From positions 1 to 64,000 of the IMG/VR virus record IMGVR_UViG_3300009008_000010: DNA of 64,000 nt; one strand, given 5' to 3'. This DNA comes from a virus. Below the pieces are notes generated by a model. That model worked only from the letters and a program-made list of their open reading frames with translations. It did not search any database and had not been told where the DNA came from. The translations under genes were made by a program, and so were the position numbers. Numbering within the stretch: position 1 is the first letter of the stretch; each line of letters starts with the position of its first letter. Of this stretch, positions 54,346 through 62,214 are shown piece after piece.

Positions 54346-55477
54346 TGTTCCAGAGTTTTTAGATAAAGCTGCTGATAAATGCGGTTTTTTACGAGAGAAT
54401 TATAATGAGGGTGACATTCCCACCACGGTGTCTAATGTAACGATTTTACCTTTTTTTGGCGATACTTGTTTGTCGTTTGTGTTGTCGTGTTTGCTTTTTA
54501 AATCGTATAGGGAGAGAATTAGAGGGTCTAAGTATTTTATTGTGGCCTCTTGGCCAGGACATAAAATACTTTATCCTGGTGCGAATGAGTATTGGTCTGT
54601 AAAAGATGCTTCATTGTTGAGGGGTTTTTATTCTAAATCCAATGGTTTAATTAATGAAAATCCTGCTACCATGAATTACATGAGGTTATTAAATCAATTC
54701 TTTGATGACGTGATAAATATAGATTCTTTGAAAGCATATTACAGCTTGGGACTTGGTGATGATTATATTGCTGCATTTGGAAAAATAGAGAGATCGATGC
54801 CTATGATTCCATCTTCTGGTGTCTTAGGTGCTGATTTTAACCGCATGTTGGCAAATAACACAGGTTATAAGATTTTAGTTTGTCCCACTCTTTATGTGAA
54901 GTCATGGAGAAATCATGGAATTGTCAACATTAAAACTCAGGAAGATTTCTGGGTGAGTTTGATTGATAGACTTAAGAATGAAGGTTACACTCCAGTGGTG
55001 GTAAATAATTATACCACACATGACCTGTCTGCCCGTTTGAGTGATGGTTGTATAGTTTTCAATGACACCGATCTCTCCAAGTTGCTTTGTGTTATGCGGT
55101 CGGTGAACTGTGTTTTAGATGTGTTCAATGATTTTTCAAAATGGGCCATTTTGGCAAGAAGCCCCTTTGTTTCTTGCACAGAACGACAGAAGTATATAAA
55201 AGCTAAGGACTATGAGATTGATGATTTAACCTGTTTGGATATGCTCCCTAAGCAATATATTTTCTCTTTCACTACTATATTAGAAAGTGCGAAAGAAGTG
55301 TGGGATATTAGTCTTTTTGACAACATAATAGCCCGATTGAATAAATTCATCCCTGAAATTGACAGGAGTAGGTTGCCTACAGGGTCAGCCATCACTGAGG
55401 AAGTTTCATATGAAAAGGTGAGAATTAGAAAGATAAAGCGCCTGGGCGCAAGATATATTAAAGTACGTCAAGATTAA
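54335..55477 (+). CDS. Paralog of the preceding putative glycosyltransferase
   Basis: Same length (380 aa); VASWPG...EYWS aligns with AVGWYG...EFWE. Confidence 0.5.
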   Translation: MMISVPEFLDKAADKCGFLRENYNEGDIPTTVSNVTILPFFGDTCLSFVLSCLLFKSYRERIRGSKYFIVASWPGHKILYPGANEYWSVKDASLLRGFYSKSNGLINENPATMNYMRLLNQFFDDVINIDSLKAYYSLGLGDDYIAAFGKIERSMPMIPSSGVLGADFNRMLANNTGYKILVCPTLYVKSWRNHGIVNIKTQEDFWVSLIDRLKNEGYTPVVVNNYTTHDLSARLSDGCIVFNDTDLSKLLCVMRSVNCVLDVFNDFSKWAILARSPFVSCTERQKYIKAKDYEIDDLTCLDMLPKQYIFSFTTILESAKEVWDISLFDNIIARLNKFIPEIDRSRLPTGSAITEEVSYEKVRIRKIKRLGARYIKVRQD

Positions 55478-55535
55478 ACAAAATCGCATGATGGTTAGGT
55501 ACATCAAACGTGCGTGAAAATTGAGGAGACTTCCG

Positions 55536-55745
55536 ATGGTTAGAGTAGTTGCTAGAGATAGCGGCAACATGGATAAGGACAGGGCTTTTAAGGCTTTGTT
55601 GAGTGCTTTCAAGAACCAAGTGAACAAATCGGGCATTCTTTCCGAGTGCAAAAAAAGAGAGTTTTTTGAAAGCAAAGGTGAAAAAAGGAGACGAAGGCGA
55701 AAGGAAGCCATAAGAGAACATCAAAAGAAACTTAAGAAGCAATAA
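55536..55745 (+). CDS. rpsU: Ribosomal protein bS21
   Basis: LSAFKNQVNKSGILSECKKREFFESKGEKRRRRRKEA; GAGGAG SD. Confidence 0.88.
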   Translation: MVRVVARDSGNMDKDRAFKALLSAFKNQVNKSGILSECKKREFFESKGEKRRRRRKEAIREHQKKLKKQ

Positions 55746-55754
55746 GGTGTATAA

Positions 55755-56033
55755 ATGTCGAAAAAGTTAAGCATAATGTCTTTGTCGATCAAGCCGGAAC
55801 TACAAGAAAGAGCCAAGCAAGAGGCTAAGGAAGAAGGCATTTCCGCTTCCAAATTTCTTTCAGGTTTAGTCCAGAAATATGTTGTGGATAGGGATAAGTT
55901 AATTATAATTGAGAAGTCAGATGAGCAATTGCCCGTAGTACTCAAGATACCGCGTGGTTTAAGCGAACCAGAACTTCAGAAATGGCTACAAATTAGAGTG
56001 GGAGCCATTCAGAAATATTATAAAGAACAGTAA
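55755..56033 (+). CDS. Ribbon-helix-helix DNA-binding protein
   Basis: SLSIKPELQERAKQEAKEEGISASKFL. Confidence 0.65.
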   Translation: MSKKLSIMSLSIKPELQERAKQEAKEEGISASKFLSGLVQKYVVDRDKLIIIEKSDEQLPVVLKIPRGLSEPELQKWLQIRVGAIQKYYKEQ

Positions 56034-56531
56034 ATGTTGGAAATAGTGCCCCTTGATAAAATACCTGTGGCAGAAGATGTGCCTCTTGATAACCTTATGT
56101 CAGTCTATAAGACGTGTCTGGATTTGCAGGACGCATGTGAGTTTGGTGATGGTGTGGGACTTTCTGCCGTTCAGGTTGGTATAGCATGGAAGCTGTTTGT
56201 GGTGAGGTATGGCAACAAGTTTTCATATTTTGTGAATTGTAAATATGAGCCTTTGGTTGATCCTAGACTACGAACACTCCAATCCATAGAGGGTTGTCTT
56301 TCACTCCGAAAGGACGATGGTTCGTTTCGGAGTTTCTTAGTTAATCGCTACCCAAAGATAAAAGTTACAGGCAAATCTCTTGTAGTGGGAGAATATCCTG
56401 TAATACAGGATATAGATTTAAGACTGAGTGATGATAGGATGACAGTGGTTTTTCAGCATGAAATAGATCACCAGTTTGGCACTGAACGCCTCATATCTGT
56501 CATTGGTGAAGAAAAAGAAATTATTATCTAA
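56034..56531 (+). CDS. def: Peptide deformylase
   Basis: GVGLSAVQVG, EGCLS, QHEIDH. Confidence 0.92.
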   Translation: MLEIVPLDKIPVAEDVPLDNLMSVYKTCLDLQDACEFGDGVGLSAVQVGIAWKLFVVRYGNKFSYFVNCKYEPLVDPRLRTLQSIEGCLSLRKDDGSFRSFLVNRYPKIKVTGKSLVVGEYPVIQDIDLRLSDDRMTVVFQHEIDHQFGTERLISVIGEEKEIII

Positions 56532-56552
56532 ATTATTGCATGAAACTATTTA

Positions 56553-56588
56553 TTGTGCATAAATAACATGTGGAGTAATGATGCACAA
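56553..56588 (+). promoter_or_regulatory. Hairpin enclosing the HNH SD and pairing with its start codon, overlapping an ATAAATA late motif
   Basis: TTGTGCAT (56553-60) pairs with ATGCACAA (56581-88); ATAAATA at 56559-65; GGAG in the loop. Confidence 0.55.
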
Positions 56589-57288
56589 AAACGTTAAAGA
56601 TATTACAGGGCAACAATTCAACAATTGGACCGTTATTCAAAAAAGCGAGTCTCGTCAAGGTAAGGCGTATTGGTTGTGTATTTGTAGGTGTGGGACTGAA
56701 CAGATCGTATCTGGTTATAAATTAAGAAATGGTGCAAAAGGTTGCAGGCGTTGCGCTGGCGTAGAAGATTTAAGTGGCAGAAAATTCGGCAGTTGGCTGG
56801 TGTTAAAGAGAGACTATTCAAAATCAGGCAATGTTTATTGGTTGTGCCGATGTGATTGTGGGTTGGAGAAGCCTGTTTTGGGTTGTCACCTTGTTAGAAA
56901 TAAAACATTAAGTTGCAGAAAGTGTTCCAATCATAAACACAAGGGTAAACTTAACGGTACTTTGATTGCTAGAATCAGATGGGGCGCAAAAAAAAGAGGT
57001 ATTTTTATTGAAGACACAAATGCCTTTTTTAAATATGTTTATGATTTGTTTTATGAGGTTCAAGAAGGCAAGTGTGCGTTGACGGGTAGAGATATTACTA
57101 TTGCTAATTGCAATAAAGAGCAAAAGTCTGGAATGGCTACTGCATCGTTGGATAGAATTGATTCATCTAAAGGTTACGTGAGAGGAAATGTGCAGTGGGT
57201 ACATAAAGATGTAAATTTAATGAAGATGAATTTGGATCAAAAACACTTTGTTGATTTGTGTAGAGAGGTGGTTGAGTATGCTATCTAA
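56578..57288 (+). CDS. Free-standing HNH-like homing endonuclease
   Basis: Two DxxGxxFxxWxV...YWLCxCxCG repeats; QEGKCALTG, SLDRIDSSKGYVRGNVQWV. Confidence 0.8.
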   Translation: MMHKNVKDITGQQFNNWTVIQKSESRQGKAYWLCICRCGTEQIVSGYKLRNGAKGCRRCAGVEDLSGRKFGSWLVLKRDYSKSGNVYWLCRCDCGLEKPVLGCHLVRNKTLSCRKCSNHKHKGKLNGTLIARIRWGAKKRGIFIEDTNAFFKYVYDLFYEVQEGKCALTGRDITIANCNKEQKSGMATASLDRIDSSKGYVRGNVQWVHKDVNLMKMNLDQKHFVDLCREVVEYAI

Positions 57289-57553
57289 AGAACATTTGAA
57301 TTGTTATTGTCTTCCTTACGGCGGTCCTTCAAGGTGCAAATACCTTGCAGAAGACGACAATCACATGGGAAGATTTTTCTGTCTTAAAAAATCTGTCAAG
57401 AAGAAAGTTGTAGATGCTGAGCTAAATGAGATTCTTAAAACCTTAAAAGGCAAAGGCAAAGATCCCTCAAAACAAGGCATCCCTCTAGGAAACAATTGTC
57501 CTGGTTTCATTTTGTTAAAAAACAAAGAGCAGGGTCTTGATGTTCAAGATTAG
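57278..57553 (+). CDS. Hypothetical Cys-containing protein
   Basis: GAGG SD; CKYL...FFCLK...GNNCPG. Confidence 0.6.
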   Translation: MLSKEHLNCYCLPYGGPSRCKYLAEDDNHMGRFFCLKKSVKKKVVDAELNEILKTLKGKGKDPSKQGIPLGNNCPGFILLKNKEQGLDVQD

Positions 57554-58053
57554 ACTTTAATGCCAAACTTTCTCTGATTTCGCTTGATAACCATTAGTAT
57601 CTCTTTTTCGACACCGATGGTCATAGCTTTGCTGAATACAGCGTTTTCAACATCTATGTCGTTAAATTTAACCACCTCTTCAGCTAGGATTTCTAGCGCC
57701 TTTTCGTTCTTTGAGTATTTCTCTCTGTAATACATCAATAGGAACATTAAGACTATCACAATTGTGGCAAAGGCAAAGATCAACCCGCCCGATCCCTGAA
57801 ACATCTGAAATCCAGAGTTTTCGTTGCTGCTGTTGACTAAGCCTTGTTGTAGGTTGTTAATGCTATCGGCATTAATCTCGCTTTGGTGTTGAAGATTACC
57901 TACTTCTAAATTGATTGAGTTTTGCAATTCCTGCAACTCTTGAATCTGCCCTCCTTGGTTATCAATGTCATTCTGCATATCGCTGATTGGAGACATGTTG
58001 CCACAACCAGGGAAGAATAAAATCAGTGCAAGCAGTGCAAGTAGATTTTTCAT
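57550..58053 (-). CDS. Lipoprotein with coiled coil and second TM (unimolecular spanin candidate)
   Basis: LFFPGC lipobox, Q/N-rich heptads, TM GLIFAFATIVIVLMFLLMY; ATATATA upstream. Confidence 0.55.
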   Translation of the reverse strand: MKNLLALLALILFFPGCGNMSPISDMQNDIDNQGGQIQELQELQNSINLEVGNLQHQSEINADSINNLQQGLVNSSNENSGFQMFQGSGGLIFAFATIVIVLMFLLMYYREKYSKNEKALEILAEEVVKFNDIDVENAVFSKAMTIGVEKEILMVIKRNQRKFGIKV

Positions 58054-58107
58054 TTTATACCCCCTTGACTGTTATATATATGCTTCTGACCTCATAGAAA
58101 AATGGTG

Positions 58108-58136
58108 TTGACGAGATCAATTAAAGCGGCTAGAAT
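58108..58136 (+). promoter_or_regulatory. Sigma70-type promoter
   Basis: TTGACG-17 bp-TAGAAT. Confidence 0.6.
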
Positions 58137-58170
58137 TAAATATCATTTGACTTCGAGATAGGAGGCTCCG

Positions 58171-58518
58171 ATGCGGAAAGAGAAGGAAGTAAACTTTGAT
58201 GGGTTGGATGACAAACAGAAATGGGAGATTTGTAAGGATCTTATAACGTTATTTTTTTGCGACAAGCAATTTACATGGGGTGGGCCGATTCCGGCAAGTA
58301 AATTGCATTCAAACCGTAATGTCCGTCGTGTTATGAATACCACCATAAGCGAAGGCGTAAGTAAGTTCTACGCAGCAGTTTGGGATGAATGGCCCAATGC
58401 TCAACAACGGTTGGTGGATGTGTTGAATCAATGCGCTAAACGACATATCCCCAAACAGTTCGCTGCTGGTATTATGTTGATGTATTTTAATCTTTGTGAG
58501 GGTGTCCAAATTGCGTGA
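58171..58518 (+). CDS. Hypothetical protein
   Basis: AGGAGG SD. Confidence 0.7.
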   Translation: MRKEKEVNFDGLDDKQKWEICKDLITLFFCDKQFTWGGPIPASKLHSNRNVRRVMNTTISEGVSKFYAAVWDEWPNAQQRLVDVLNQCAKRHIPKQFAAGIMLMYFNLCEGVQIA

Positions 58519-58804
58519 TTTGAAGTTAATATCTGGCGAGTTCTTTGACTTAACACTTCCAAAGGAGAAGTTGTATCTGCTCAAGTATTTTGATACGGAA
58601 GTGCAGTTGCAGTTTTTGTATTACTACCACATTTTCCGTTCTACAGACAGATTCATACAACATACGGGGCACCTTGTTAGCAAAAGGTGGTTGAATGACC
58701 TGAAGAACAAGTATGAAAAACTTGTAGAAACTCACGATAATGCCAAAAGCAACTTAGATTTAGATATTTTGGCTGAAATAACTTCGGGTAAATTTAAGTT
58801 ATGA
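58496..58804 (+). CDS. Hypothetical protein (start uncertain)
   Basis: Contiguous ORF. Confidence 0.6.
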   Translation: MRVSKLRDLKLISGEFFDLTLPKEKLYLLKYFDTEVQLQFLYYYHIFRSTDRFIQHTGHLVSKRWLNDLKNKYEKLVETHDNAKSNLDLDILAEITSGKFKL

Positions 58805-58822
58805 GTTGCTACATAAGATATT

Positions 58823-59374
58823 ATGGCACTAAAATCATTTAAAGAATTTCTTGCACAGAGGGAATCTAGTGCATTTACCAGAACGAGAAAACAGGCAATG
58901 TTGGGCTTAGGGCCTGATATACCAGACGCCTCTACCCATTCTCGTTCAACTTGCGATCCCACTCTTCTCGATTACAAAGAGAAGCGAAAAAAGAAGAAAA
59001 AAGGCAAGAAAAAGAAAAAGAAGATGTTTGACGAATCTTCAGATGAATCTTTAAATGAGGCCAAAACCCCGCGTCCGGTCAACAAGCAGATTGATAAATG
59101 GTTGGATGCTGTAGACGGTTTAAAGAAAGATGTGGATGAGCTAGATGATGCTCCTGATGAAGACGAAGACGAAATCGGTCATCACATTCCAAGAGACGCA
59201 GATGAGCTTGAAGATTTAGAAGATGAAATCGGTGGCTTGGAAGATGATGTTGAGGATTTAGAAGACGACATAGATGATCAGGAAGATGACATGGAAGATG
59301 CGGCTGAAGAAGGCCCAAAATCCTTCCAGTCTTGGATGAAAAACAAGGATAAAACCCCACCTATAGACGCTTAA
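58823..59374 (+). CDS. Putative internal head protein with poly-Lys and acidic tracts
   Basis: MALKSFKEFLAQRE N-terminus, second KSFQSWMK motif near the C-terminus. Confidence 0.65.
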   Translation: MALKSFKEFLAQRESSAFTRTRKQAMLGLGPDIPDASTHSRSTCDPTLLDYKEKRKKKKKGKKKKKKMFDESSDESLNEAKTPRPVNKQIDKWLDAVDGLKKDVDELDDAPDEDEDEIGHHIPRDADELEDLEDEIGGLEDDVEDLEDDIDDQEDDMEDAAEEGPKSFQSWMKNKDKTPPIDA

Positions 59375-59402
59375 TAATTTCCTAGCCATAGTAAATATTA
59401 CT

Positions 59403-59921
59403 ATGGAGTTTATCAATGTTCCCCGGCTAGGGAAGAAGCGGGACGAATTCATTAAATTGCTCAACAAGAGAGTTGGTAAAGGCAATTGGTATTGGGCTTT
59501 CCAAATAGGGAAGAATCTCTATTCTTGGGAATTTGGCCTACAATTATATGAAGACTCCTATTGGCTTTATTTAAAAGATCACTTGACTTTGTTGAAAGAA
59601 ATCGTTACAAAGTATGGAGATGTTTACGTTGTAGATAAGAAGGATCTTAAATCGGGTCTTGATTATAAAAAACAATCCCAATACGAAGACCATTATGCTG
59701 ACATTGCTATCAGACGTTCATTGAGGCGATTAGGCGTTTGGTTCAAAGGGGATAAGTTGTTGAAAATATCAGAATCAGATTTAAGTGAAAACAAAGTGCC
59801 TTTTCATCTAACTCATTTATTGAAAAACAGACCAGTTGGAGACTTTTTAAATACCAGGGTTGCTGTAGTCGTCGTAGAAATAGGTGACAAGCATGAACTG
59901 GGAGAAAGGTTAATTAAATGA
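59403..59921 (+). CDS. Hypothetical protein
   Basis: 172-aa ORF. Confidence 0.7.
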   Translation: MEFINVPRLGKKRDEFIKLLNKRVGKGNWYWAFQIGKNLYSWEFGLQLYEDSYWLYLKDHLTLLKEIVTKYGDVYVVDKKDLKSGLDYKKQSQYEDHYADIAIRRSLRRLGVWFKGDKLLKISESDLSENKVPFHLTHLLKNRPVGDFLNTRVAVVVVEIGDKHELGERLIK

Positions 59922-60097
59922 GAGAAGATGGTGAACCGATTACCACTGAACAAGAGTTGAAAGAGCTTTTGATCAGGATTCGTAAAGGATCGTTAGAAAG
60001 TGAAAGTGCCCGTGATTTTATATCGTGGGTGCAGGAAATCTTAATTGAACATCCATTATTAGAGGAGGATGACGATGGAGAAGATGGAATTTCATAA
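59918..60097 (+). CDS. 59-aa acidic hypothetical protein (not in the ORF track)
   Basis: Translated by hand (MREDGEPITTEQEL...); ATGA overlap with the previous stop. Confidence 0.55.
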   Translation: MREDGEPITTEQELKELLIRIRKGSLESESARDFISWVQEILIEHPLLEEDDDGEDGIS

Positions 60098-60389
60098 ACC
60101 TCGATTGCCCCATGTGACAATGAAGGAATTGAGGGAACAGGATGAAGTGTCGTTTGAAATAGTGATGACAGTCGTAAGAAATGCTGCATTGATGCTATAT
60201 CATGCTAATCCAGCTACTTACGAACTGGGCTTAGAAAAGTGCGAAGAAGCCATTTTAGACATGCTCGATGAAGGGACAGCTAAGATAATGTGGGATGAAC
60301 ATGATTTCGATCCAGAGGAAGATCGTGTTTGGATTGGGTATTTCCACTCCACTACTGGCGAATATCACCCTCCTGCATTTGCTGAATAA
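60069..60389 (+). CDS. Hypothetical protein
   Basis: GAGGAGG SD region. Confidence 0.65.
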   Translation: MTMEKMEFHKPRLPHVTMKELREQDEVSFEIVMTVVRNAALMLYHANPATYELGLEKCEEAILDMLDEGTAKIMWDEHDFDPEEDRVWIGYFHSTTGEYHPPAFAE

Positions 60390-60391
60390 CT

Positions 60392-60862
60392 ATGAACTGG
60401 GACGAATATTTTTTCGATATAATCGAATCTGTATTAAAAAAATCTAAAGATCCAAGCACTCGCGTTGGGTCCATAATTGTTTCCCCAGACCATGAAATCG
60501 TCTCTACTGGTTTCAATGGTTTTCCTAAACGTGTTCAGGATGTTTCTAATAACCTCAAAAATATTGAGGCGAGATATGAGCGATCCCAGAAGTTGCTTTT
60601 CACAGAACATGCTGAAAGGAACGCCATTTACGCCGCCGCCCGCAGAGGTACACCATTAGATGGATGCACAATCTATGTTGATTGGACCCCTTGTGCAGAT
60701 TGCATGAGGGGTATTATTCAGTCTGGGATTGTAGAAGTTGTTCTTAATGGGCGCAGCGAATCATTTAATAATGAGGCGCTACAGAAAAGGTGGGCAGATC
60801 ACATCGAATGCTCAAATACTATGGCAAGTGAGGCCGGTGTTTTGATAAGGGTGTGGAAATAG
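60392..60862 (+). CDS. dCMP deaminase
   Basis: SKDPSTRVG, TGFNG, HAERNAI, PCADC. Confidence 0.92.
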   Translation: MNWDEYFFDIIESVLKKSKDPSTRVGSIIVSPDHEIVSTGFNGFPKRVQDVSNNLKNIEARYERSQKLLFTEHAERNAIYAAARRGTPLDGCTIYVDWTPCADCMRGIIQSGIVEVVLNGRSESFNNEALQKRWADHIECSNTMASEAGVLIRVWK

Positions 60863-60889
60863 ATTTTATTGGTGATATATACCTTTACT

Positions 60890-61678
60890 ATGACATGTAA
60901 AAGCTCAGGATGTGGAAATACGATGGATGCCCCGATTGTTCGCAATTCAGGGTGTCCCGACAAATTTGGATGTGGCCCAGATGTTTGCCCAGATTTTGTA
61001 ATAAGGCGAAATGATTCTCTGCCTTCTTTCAAGTTGCTTGTCGAAGATTGCGATGGGCCGCTAGATTTAGAGGACGAAGACATCATTGTTGAAGCCAATA
61101 TGTGGGCCAGAGTAAAATTAAAGGCCGCTCTTACCGCAGATGCTACGTCATTTAGACTAGCAGATGATATTGGGTTTGAGCAGGTAATGACTGGGGATAT
61201 TATTATTATGGAACGGGTTCGTGCGCCCGAACATATGATAGTCACTGGATTTGATGAAGTGAATAAATTGATTCATGTTACTCGTGGCTACAATGCTACT
61301 ATACCCTCAGCGTGGAAAAAAGGGGCGGTTATGAGGGTTTTTCGCATGATAAATGCCCCAGCCGCAATTGAGTTAATTAAGCAAGATATACTAAGCCCTG
61401 ATGGGTCTACAGAAGAAGATGTTTTAACAGATACTTTTTTGGTGTATGAGTGGAATACTGGTAACACCTGTCTTCCTGGTTGTTATTATTTTGAGTTTAA
61501 AGTGTTGAAGCAAGAAGAAGGTGCTGAACCACATACACACACACCAAGCGTAAGTTCTACTCCAAGCGTCAGTTCAATTCCCTGCGGGGCTACTGGCATT
61601 GAGTGGATAAGAAGGTTCCCTGTATCGGGAGAGGGGTTTTTAATTCAAATAGTTGATTCTCCAACATCGGAACCGTAA
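60890..61678 (+). CDS. Putative virion structural protein (BppU N-terminal-like)
   Basis: IRRNDSLP...DL...YEW..GNT..PG.Y.FEF.V...RFP layout; TPSVSS repeat; ATATATA at 60875. Confidence 0.5.
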   Translation: MTCKSSGCGNTMDAPIVRNSGCPDKFGCGPDVCPDFVIRRNDSLPSFKLLVEDCDGPLDLEDEDIIVEANMWARVKLKAALTADATSFRLADDIGFEQVMTGDIIIMERVRAPEHMIVTGFDEVNKLIHVTRGYNATIPSAWKKGAVMRVFRMINAPAAIELIKQDILSPDGSTEEDVLTDTFLVYEWNTGNTCLPGCYYFEFKVLKQEEGAEPHTHTPSVSSTPSVSSIPCGATGIEWIRRFPVSGEGFLIQIVDSPTSEP

Positions 61679-61691
61679 AACGAAACGAAAT

Positions 61692-62213
61692 ATGAAAAAG
61701 AAAGAAAAAAACAAGTTCACAAGAGTAAACGATCAGATTAGAATTTCTCCTGTTCGTGTTGTAAAAGATGGTGAACAATTAGGCGTTATGCCTTTAGATA
61801 AAGCTAAAAGGCTGGCCAGAAATGCAAAGCTGGATCTCGTAGAGATAGCTCCGCAAGCCAGACCACCAGTTTGTAATATTATTGATTATGGTAAATTTCG
61901 TTACCAGCAATCAATTAAAGAAAAAGAGATAAAACAAAAATCCAAGACTTCAGAAGTTAAAGAAATTCGTCTTTCGCCTAAAATTGCTGTTCACGATATA
62001 GATACGAAAACGAAAGCGGCTCGCAAGTTTTTAGAGCAAGGTAAGAAGGTGCAGTTTAATTTACTATTTAAAGGTCGTGACTTAGCACATAAAGACACGG
62101 GCTTTGCAGTGGTTAAAAGAATGGCAGAAAACCTTGAGGACGTTGCTCAAGTAGAATTGAAACCTAAACTCGATGGCAAACGTCTTATATGTAGACTTGA
62201 ACCCAAAAGGTAA
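61692..62213 (+). CDS. infC: Translation initiation factor IF-3
   Basis: RVNDQI, LDLVEIAPQARPPVCNIIDYGKFRY, VKEIRL, HDIDTK, FKGR. Confidence 0.95.
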   Translation: MKKKEKNKFTRVNDQIRISPVRVVKDGEQLGVMPLDKAKRLARNAKLDLVEIAPQARPPVCNIIDYGKFRYQQSIKEKEIKQKSKTSEVKEIRLSPKIAVHDIDTKTKAARKFLEQGKKVQFNLLFKGRDLAHKDTGFAVVKRMAENLEDVAQVELKPKLDGKRLICRLEPKR

Positions 62214-62214
62214 C

